A stretch of DNA of 64,000 bases, taken from contig OZ176050.1 of NCBI GenBank assembly GCA_964247055.1, positions 11,780,001 to 11,844,000 of the forward strand, written 5' to 3'. Under the pieces are notes generated by a model. The model was not told the origin of the DNA, did no database searches, and saw nothing but the letters and a program-made list of their open reading frames with translations. The position numbers were made by a program, and so were the translations under genes. Below, one piece after another: positions 54,773 to 64,000 of this stretch (positions are counted from its first letter, which is position 1; every line of letters begins with the position of its first letter). The stretch is from Paragordius varius. Its lineage: Eukaryota; Animalia; Nematomorpha.

Positions 54773-56070
54773 TTATTAATCTAAAGGCGCGCTGATAAAA
54801 ATAAGAAAAGGCTTAACTTACAAGTTCAACTTAAATTATTGTGACACAGACACGAGAAATTTTTTATTATTTAAACAGATAAATAATATTCTATATTTTC
54901 TAAGCATAATCTTTTGTTTTTATCATATAATTTGTGTAAAAAATTTGGTATGAAAGCAAAAATTAAATATAAATTATGACCTACTTATAGAAACGTAGAA
55001 TGATTATATGTTTTGGGAGACCATTTTTTAAAATTTCTTTTTAATATTGGACGTATTTGAAAGGGAGATTCCTTCTGCGGCCAATATTTATGTTTATTTA
55101 GGAAATATTGGAACCTCTCTTACCTTAAATTAAAAAATACCTGAGCTTCAAGTCTTTTTTGTAATATGTAGATTACGTCTCCGTAAACAAAATTTTGACT
55201 GAAACTTTTTTCAATTATTATTTAAAATGTGTAAAGTAATTCTAGGCATAAAACCATAATAAATCTCTTTGTTTATAAATGGAAAAAGTTTAGTTTAGCT
55301 ATTTTTAAAAAATCCCTCCACACCCCGTTGCATAAAATGAAGTTTCCAAATATAGGGACCCCAATTCAAATTAAGGAAAGATAATAATTTAAATATCTAA
55401 TAAATTTTAAAAACCATGCATAGTCGAGCAATTTTTTCGAGTTAGCCCATGTATTGATCCCCAACAATTTAACCTTTTTCGCAAAAATCTAAGTTGCTGA
55501 AAATCATTTTGAAGTCATTTCAGAAAACATAAAGAATAAATCAGTGGGGCCATTTTCATTGTCTTTACAAAGGGGTAACCATGATTGAACCTCTTATTTG
55601 AACGTTGTACGATATGATTAAACTTTATTATGTGTTGATGTTAAAAGAAATTATGTTAGCAGCAGAATATAATGGCTATAAGGACGAAGAAAAAGAAATA
55701 AGTTGAAAATCTATGTTTAAACTGTTCAAGTTAACTCCACCAATCTTTGCTCAATTCATTGCTAAAAAAATTTATTATCGAATTTACCCATCGTTTCGAA
55801 TACGTTGCATATAATTATAAAACCATACAAAGGGAAATCAAGAACCATTTTAGAAACCGGTTTTAGTTTCAAAAACCGTTTCTAACATATGCATTATTTA
55901 TACTAACGAAATCTTTCCCGTTTTATTTTACTGAGATTATCAAATTTTATAATCGAACAGTTTTTATTTATTTCAGCAAAAAGTCTTGCTATAATCTTTG
56001 TTCAATTTATGATAAATGGCGTCGAAATTATGGATATTAAATGTTGTTCACCAGATATCAGGTTGGATCT

Positions 56071-57206
56071 GAATCATTTGCACTTTAAGAGTGTGCGAAC
56101 ACTTCAGTTCGTCCTTGAAGTTCGTCCTTCCACATTTAAATTGTGTTTATAACTTTTATTAATAAAACCATCTAACATTTATCTATCTTATCATTTTTAT
56201 CATATTTTCCAGGGCTTGGAACCGGAACCCGGTTCCTGGGATTATAACAAGAACCGGTTCCATTGGGATAAAACCAACGCGGTTCCGGTTCCAACCCCTT
56301 AATTACTGGTTCTCATATGATTTTTATTATAAAATTTAATTTTATTATTTAAATTTGATTGTACCACTACATATTGAATATTTTAAACCTAAACGCCTAA
56401 TATAGCGATATTCAATCCTTAATTTATTTTCAGACCGGAGAAGCAGTTAATGACCAAATTGATTGGTGCAAAATTTTTAAAGTTAAATATATATTTTTGA
56501 TGCAAAACTTCATTTAACACTCATTGTATACCTTTGTGCTTATGCATTATCCTATTATATTTTTATAATTTGTTTCATTTATTAAGCTCCAATATATTTC
56601 TAATATAAATTGGGCAATTTAAGATAAATTGTTTGATTTATAATTGTTAATATTTTGGTTGTATTATTATTATAATAATGTAAGAAAATTATTTAATCAA
56701 AAGTCAGGAACCGAAAATGGAACCAGTTTTAAATGAGAACCGGTTCCGGAACCGCTAAATTTTCAGGATGCAACGCGGTTATGGTTCCATTTGTTCAGGA
56801 ACTATCCCCGTTCCGGTTCCACTTTTTTTGACCCGGTTCCAAGCCCTAATATTTTATTTTTAACCTAAACATTAAAATTAACATCAACTTATTTTCATTC
56901 AAGAACCGTATATATCTTTTAATTGAAAAATATATGAGTTTTATGGATTGATCGTAATTTTTCGTTAAAAACACTTATAAGTAATTAATATAGTTGGATT
57001 GGTAAAAATTAGTCAGCGAAAAAAAATGTTGAATGAGTATTAATTTTAACTAAAGTAAATATATAAAAAATAAAGATTAGGTTAAAAAATAAAATAGAAC
57101 ATCCAAAAACTATGGTTAAATCTCAAATTAGAAGTTAAAGGACCAACTATTCAAGGACAGACTTGAAGTTCTCAAGGAAATTAAGGAAAGTGAGTGCAAA
57201 TATTAT
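56071..57206. mobile_element. MITE family M1b, second copy, interrupted by a hAT MITE
   Basis: Left catttgcactttaagagtgtgcgaacacttcagttcgtcc; right ggaccaact...cttgaagtt...gtgcaaat; internal similarity to 4290-4450. Confidence 0.75.
56210..56848. mobile_element. non-autonomous hAT element family M2
   Basis: cagggcttggaaccggaacc ... ccggttccaagcccta; flanks atattttc / atatttta (7/8 TSD match). Confidence 0.88.
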
Positions 57207-58399
57207 ATATATTTATTTAACAAAAATTATAAAGTTATCAGGTTATTAATTACCGATAGGCGATCGGAATAATTTCATGGTTGTATAAAAATCGATCGCA
57301 AAAGAACTTATAATTTTTTAACAATTCAAGGTTTGTCAAATTGTCATTTAGCTGATATTTTGTATGATATTATTTTAATTACACAATATATTATATATAT
57401 AAATATTTTCAATGTTATAGATAAATCGATTTTTTAACTTTTTTATCACGCTCCGAAATTACTATAAAAAAAGAGTGATTTTCATTCATATAAAAAGAGC
57501 ATTTAATAATGATATTTAGTCTTGTCAGCGGTAATAAACTGTAAAATTTCAATAGATATATTGAATAGTGGATTGTTCAAAAGTCTCTAAAATTTCGCTT
57601 ATTCCATTATACTGTGCAACCAGTATTCGGTCAATATAATGATCAAAAATTTACAAATTTTTTTGCCTATCGAACTTAAACCAAATAGTTTATTGGTTTT
57701 TATTATTTGACTCCGGATGATTCATTGCCGTTTCTATTATGCTTCAAATTACCATAAACTCGGCGTCCCCAAAAAATAAAATTTAAGTCAACTTTATAAA
57801 AAAATTTTTTTTGGATATTTTATCCAAATATCATAATACCCAATCTCGGCATCGCGTTAATTTCAAAAATCCAACATGTTCAAGGTCAAAGAAGGTAAAA
57901 AGTTGAGACTTTCTGTCTTAATGTGCTTTTATATTGTTTCAACAATGCCTCGAAAAACCATATAATAAGCTTTATCGAAGTTTATTTAAAGTTAGATTTT
58001 TTAAGTATACTTTTTTCAAAAATAACTTTCCTTTTTATTACACTTTTTCGAGCACCACCATTCAAAGTTTAGAATTTCGACTGATTTCAGTGTTCTAAAA
58101 CCGAATCTGAAAAAATTATGATCCCCCAATCAGAATTAGATATTAAAGGTTTTTCAAATGCTCAAAAACAAGAGAAAATAGGCAGAAAATCAAATATAAT
58201 TTATAATAAAAAGTTATTTTATGAATATTATATGTCATTTAAATATAAGGGTTAATAGTTCGGGTATAATGTTAAAATTTAGAGTTTTTTGAAGCCAATT
58301 TTAAACACGCATAATATTATACTAAAAAAATAATAAAAGATGTATTTGTAGTTTAAACGGCTATAAGATAGGCATATTGGTTTTGTTAGTTTTGGTTAT

Positions 58400-58930
58400 T
58401 TTTGGAAGTTTATTAGTTTTTTCTTCCGTTGATTCTTACAAATATCCTGTTATCTAGTGGATATTATTTGAAAATGATTGGCTGCGTTTGAATTTAAGAT
58501 GGATGTTGTCCGGCCGCTTTTATTACCTGGATGATGGATATACTACCATAATATTATAAAATACAATAATATGAACAATTGAACTTATCAAATCTTCTTA
58601 TCCGATTTATGGTCATATTTGTATAACTCTATTCTGTGAATTGGTTAATTTGATATGTCAATTTCCCTGGATTTTTCTGAACTTAACTACGTTAGATTCT
58701 CTTCTCTCCGGCTCTTCATTGTATACCCTTTGCCATATCTGGCATAATTATAGGATTGCTTGGCGGATTTTTGCAGAGCTTGTGCAAGCCTCCCAGATCT
58801 ATAACACCATACCATACATTAGCCCTTTTAGATCTTTAATATTTTTGATTTTTAATATTCTTTAGCTGTTAGCAATTGATTTTAATTCTATACTTTTAAA
58901 GTTTTGTATTCTCTTTTATTTAATACATAG
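58400..58930 (-). mobile_element. decayed RTE-like LINE C-terminal fragment
   Basis: LMYG..*IWEA...QIWQRVYNEE...KFRKIQGN*HI...GNKSGR follows the RTE C-terminal motif order (LLYG.E.W, W.DRV.NEE, RW.GH, GRP). Confidence 0.5.
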
Positions 58931-58952
58931 AATTTCTAATTAATATATAGAA

Positions 58953-61274
58953 CAGTGGTACTCACCAAAAAAGTTTGTCGGGCCAAATAAAATATATTTT
59001 TTTCCTGGGCCATAAACCTTATAATGGCAAATATTCCATAGCTATTTGACACATATGCACATATTTAACTCTAAATCAGCACAATGAATTTTTTGCGGAT
59101 CGCATGCAAATCCAGCTAAAAACTCGTTTTGCACCATTTAGTTTAAAAAATTAAAATATAATGATATTAAACCAATAATTTTTGACAGATTTGGTTTCGC
59201 CTCATGACAAGCCACTCTTAATACATCATTATACAATCATCGGTTAAGCGATTTCTATATATATCTTGGCATACTTCATTTATGAATATGCCGTCTCACA
59301 CGTGTAAGTTGAGGGAAAAACAGTTAGGATAACTTGAGTACTTTTTTTATATTTTTATATTTATTTGGCACATATTTCCAAAACTTTACATATCTTTCTT
59401 CTTAACCTCCAAATTGAATTCAATTTTAAAATCTACGAATTCTTCAATGATATGCGCCTGATCAAAACCGAAATGCTCAAGTTGCTTAATATGGATATAT
59501 CCATATACCATGGATTTTAACGAGTTTTAGCAATTTTTAATATTTTTTAATTCTTGAAATATGTATTTCATTTATTAAATAAAAATGTTAAATGATTTTC
59601 TATAATTAAATTATTCTCCACAGTATTTTCCATATTTTCTTCATGAATCGTTTAAAGTGTTGGAAAATATAGGAGTGTTTTATTCATATAATCTTGTATA
59701 TAATTATTAGTTTTTCTTCAAAAACAAATTGGGTTATTATTTTGCTCCCTCGAAGACTTGTATTAAAAATACTAAGTTTATAAGTGTGGCAAAGGTAGGC
59801 TAATATAACTCGCCATTTGTCACTGTTTATTTTCTCATCGTGTTATCCTTTATAAATAATAGGATTTCATGGCTTAAAAAAATCTATTTAATAATCACAG
59901 CGGTATACAAAAGAATATCATCAAACTCACTGTGGATATCTTTCAGAAGGTTTTGGAATTTGAATTTTCTGCCACGGATGTGGTTAACTATACGCTCAAC
60001 CGTTTTATTAGAATTGAATGATTTATCATTTACCGCGAAACCAAGTTTTGCTGATGAGAAAAGAGGTGAAAGGATAAAATATTTTGCATATTATGTTTGT
60101 TTTTCAAAAGAAGAATAAATCATTTGTTTATTCCAATCATAGAGGGAGCCGTCTGAGCAGATCGAAACCAATTTTTTTATAGATATACCATTATTATCGA
60201 AAAAGTGCTAATTATATAAAAAAAACACTTCCTTTCCAGGTAATCATTGGTAAAAATTTTAAATCCTTGTTTTTTATGTTGTCGTTGCAAAATCTCACGA
60301 AGCGCGCACATTGAGGTGTGTATTGTTAAAAATATATTTAGACATATATTCAATGCATCGAGCACGTGTTGAATCAAAAAATTGAAGTTTTTTAATTGTC
60401 TCATGATTTGATCTTTATTATGGAATTTATCAAATAAAAAAGTGCAACCATTTATTAACATTCTTTTATTAATTGGGAAGCAGTAAACGGTTTCATATAT
60501 TTTTCTAAAATATAACAAATTTCGTGAAGCTATTGTTACAGCTTTTCCTGGGCGAAAGCTATGGACATAATAGCTTATACTTTCTGGTATAATTCCTTAA
60601 TCTTAATCTTTTTATATTTTTCGTTTCTTTCCTCATAATTTTTTGGTAATTTATGAGAATGATGGATTGTAATATGTCTTTCAATATTGTATTTTTTTAT
60701 AATTAAGTTTTCCTTACATATAAGACAGGTACCAACATTTTAATACGAGAAAGAATTTTTCTTTTCTTTCTTTTTTAAAAGAGTGATTTTCATCGGATGA
60801 TATACGTTTTTTAGATTAGATGTCATCCTTTGAATTTATGTTTAAATATATAAATTTAAAAAAAATGAGAAAATAATTTGAATTATGATATAAAAAAAAC
60901 AGGTAAAAATTAAATGATGTTGAAGTTTAATGATGCATGATAGCAATAAAGAATATGTATATGCAAGTGTGGGTGAAAAGCTGGCTTAAATAAAAAAGGA
61001 ATGAAATAAAATTTTAAATAGAATAGTAATTACTCAAACAGAAATAACGTGTGCCAAAATTTTCAAATCATTTTAATGAAGAATAGTTTTCTACATTTCT
61101 AAAATTTACCAAAATTAAATCTAGAAAAAATAAATTAATATTAAAATAAGCGAAAATTGTATATTTTTATAATATACAATAAAAAAATAATTATGTATCA
61201 ATATGGTCATAGATCAATTTTAAAGCACTCTTAGGGCCGCATGCGGCCCGCGGGTTGCGGTTTGAGTATCACTG
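58953..61274 (-). mobile_element. full-length decayed hAT (Charlie/Buster/SPIN-like) transposon
   Basis: TIRs cagtggtactca / tgagtatcactg; flanks atatagaa / atataaaa (7/8). Minus-strand transposase remnants: APSMIG (60132-60155), SFHLFSHQQNL, RIVNHIRG..FQNLLKDIHSEFDDILLYTAV, FNTSLRG, LYFPTL, FWKYVP, FPSTYTCETAYS*MK, RNRLTDD. Subterminal palindrome gggccgcatgcggccc. Confidence 0.9.
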
Positions 61275-61499
61275 ATATAAAATAAATGATATGTATTTAT
61301 ATATTGTCTATTTCTATGTCGAATAACAAGCCCGCTCGATAAGACGTATTTCTCGTGCAAAAGATATAACATACCTTCAGCAGTGGTGAGCAGTTTATAT
61401 TATAATATAAAGACATTTTTATAAAGTTTTATTATATGGATTGTCGATAACATTTTCTGTAGCTTCGTTAATAAAAATTCTGCTGTGGTCTCATATACT

Positions 61500-62110
61500 G
61501 GGGCTGGTAATGATTAGATCTAATTAAAATATCTGAGGTAATCAAAATGTTCAGAATTATGTATAAAAATGTTTATAAAATTTTTGATTCTTTTATACCG
61601 TTTCCATGATGCTTCAAAATATGTTTTAACCCGCTTCACCAAAATTTGCTATAAATTAAATTTTAGGGAAAATAGCTAAATTATTTGAAAAAACTATATA
61701 TGGTGTTAATGAATTTATATTACCAAATATCGGCATTTTGTTAAAGAAAAATTGCGGGTTCAAAAATTTATGACTTTCAGCCCATCTAAAAATTTCAAAA
61801 ATATTTTGCCCTATCTGTAAATTATGATATAGGGATATTTTGGGAATGAAGCATTTAGCTTCCTACAAAATATTTTTCAAAAAAGTGCAAAAGTTTTGTC
61901 ATTTTCTGATATGGAGCACTTACACATACCACAAATATGTAAATAAGTTTTTTAAATCATACGTAAGAGCAAAAACCAAAAGCACCATAATAATCTGATA
62001 CATTGTTCTATATTTGTATACCTCCCAATTTTGTAGCCAATGTGTTTATAATATATTTTAGTGATATTTTTAAAACAAAGCATTTAGCTTTCTAAAAAAA
62101 TTTTCTTATA
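61500..62110. repeat. old unclassified interspersed repeat family M5 (representative copy)
   Basis: Shared motifs recur: ttttataccgttt (about 24198, 51631, 61591); gaatgaagcattt (61844; reverse complement at 28728, partial at 23296); ccat.a.aat.ctga.tacatt-like (about 29905, 50224, 61983). Confidence 0.55.
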
Positions 62111-64000
62111 TAATATGCGCTAATTTTGCAATTTTCAATATCGAGCAACTGCAAAAGTGCTAACATTTTATATCACTCTTAGCTTATAACTAAATACACC
62201 GCAGAATACATATATACTTATAATACTATTTATGCACATAATATGTCGTTCTAATTTTAAAATAAAATCCCTCTGTAACAAAAAAGTAACATAAATATAT
62301 TGTTAAATGGCAATTTTTAGAGGCCAGTAGCTTAGTTTTGTACTAGATATCTAAAATTTACTTTGGAACAGGAATTTTCAAAACAAATGCGCGGGTAGGC
62401 ATTTTTAACTTAAAATAATATATACATATGAGAAAATTTTTTCTAGTTTTAAACAAGACAAATGCAAACGATATACTTAATTTTTCTAGTTAACCAATGG
62501 TATAGACTTATTCAGAAAATATAGAAATATCAGTTGTGCTAAAAATCTTTGGTAGTATATTTTGCAAATAAGGGGTTAGATTTTTGTTGCCGCACATATT
62601 CTCAGAGAGCAGCGGCCCGAGGACAACCTGTTTGCCACCACTGCCTATACCCTTTATCTTTTTAATAAAATAATTGTAAAAATAGCGCTAAAGCTATTTA
62701 ATATTTTATCAGATGCTATTTGCACTTACATTTTGATATGATCTCCGTATGTTTAAATTCCAATTAACAGGTAAAAATTTAATTTTCCATGGACAAGCTT
62801 CTTTGACTTATAATTTAATTAATTCACATAAATGTATTCTAAATTTTTTAGGCCACAGGGCTTATTTAATGTTTTTTTACTTACCAAGTAAATTTTATGC
62901 ATAAATTTTTAATTAAATAAATATAAATTATATAAAAGAGTGATATAGTTTTCATAAATTAAAAATAAATAAATTTTTTTAGAAAATATGATATAATCTC
63001 ATTTTTTCGACATCTAACAATAAGTAATTTAAATCTTTTGATTATGATATGCTATTGGATTTATAAAATAATATTGTGCAAGCTTGCCTGTTTAATTAAC
63101 TATTGTTTTTATTTCAATATATATTAATTTTTGTCAATTTCATTATTTTATTATAAATTTAGGCTGTTTAAGCGAGGTCTGTTTTTAAATCCCCTATCGA
63201 TTAATGAAAAGAGATCAAAACATTTGTTTGACTATAAAGTTTTGGGCAAAATTTTTACTTCAAATATCCCATTGTTAAAATTTAATTATTTAATATATTA
63301 ATCCATGAATACAAAATTACTCTTCCATCCTAATTAACCATTACATTATCTATTTAATTTTGTTTTAGGTAAAAAAAAAGTTTTTTTCACATTTCTTTTG
63401 GTTATATCCGCTGCTACTAAACACTCCATTAGTTTTGTAAATTGCAAGAATTTTGTGATTATGATTATAATCATGAGAGTAATTTAATTTTGTTAATTAT
63501 GCTATCATATTGCAATTTATTTATGCATTAAACACTTTAACAAAAGTTCATTCCTGCCATTTATACAGGTTATCATAATAATAATAATATTATATCAAAA
63601 AATCTAGATTTTACTAAAATTAAGCGATAATTAAACATACCAACTAACTACGTAAGATGTATTATTTATACCGTAGTATATACACTCCATTTTTTATGGT
63701 TGACAAAAAAAATTATTGATGAGCTAGCTTATTATGATATAATAAGTATAAATGTAATTAACTATCTCTTGTAATAAAAAATATTAGTAAAAACAACACA
63801 TTTGTTTGGTGGACCACGCTCAATTTTTATATATTTTTGTTAAATCGACTGAAAGGACATTGACATATTTTTTATTTCCCTTTCTTGATACAAATTTTGA
63901 AATCATTACTTATATTTCTCAGACATTTCATTTTTTAGATTTATTTTTTTTATTTTATCAAAATTTTATCTAATTCTATAATGGGGTGATGGCGATCTCC

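Overview
Very AT-rich, intron-rich eukaryotic (animal-type) genomic DNA. It is not prokaryotic, and I saw no CRISPR, rRNA or intact tRNA. Three conserved spliced genes could be reconstructed exon by exon with phase-consistent GT-AG junctions: the 3' part of a p190-type RhoGAP (+, 137-3439, 5' end outside the window), a complete 17-exon FRMD3/FRMD5-like FERM protein with a C-terminal membrane helix (-, 22754-11245, about 898 aa), and AP-1 adaptor gamma subunit (+, 30411-45566, 21 exons plus an unresolved first exon). The AP-1 gamma gene carries a ~150-aa two-exon insertion in its trunk and a greatly expanded hinge. A fourth gene is an orphan I do not recognise (-, 53128-52791). It encodes a small, probably secreted peptide rich in Arg, Met and aromatic residues with six cysteines, and it is the best novelty candidate. 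A decayed tandem copy of the RhoGAP 3' end lies at ~8.4-9.95 kb. The rest is a diverse transposon record: RTE LINE 3' ends, a Penelope GIY-YIG fragment with a degenerate hammerhead-like motif, IS630-like and mariner transposase remnants, a full-length dead hAT, and hAT-, piggyBac-, CACTA-like and TA-flanked MITE families, several of them nested. Most short ORFs in the supplied track are chance ORFs or fragments of these exons and repeats. All homology calls come from motif recognition by eye; no searches were run.
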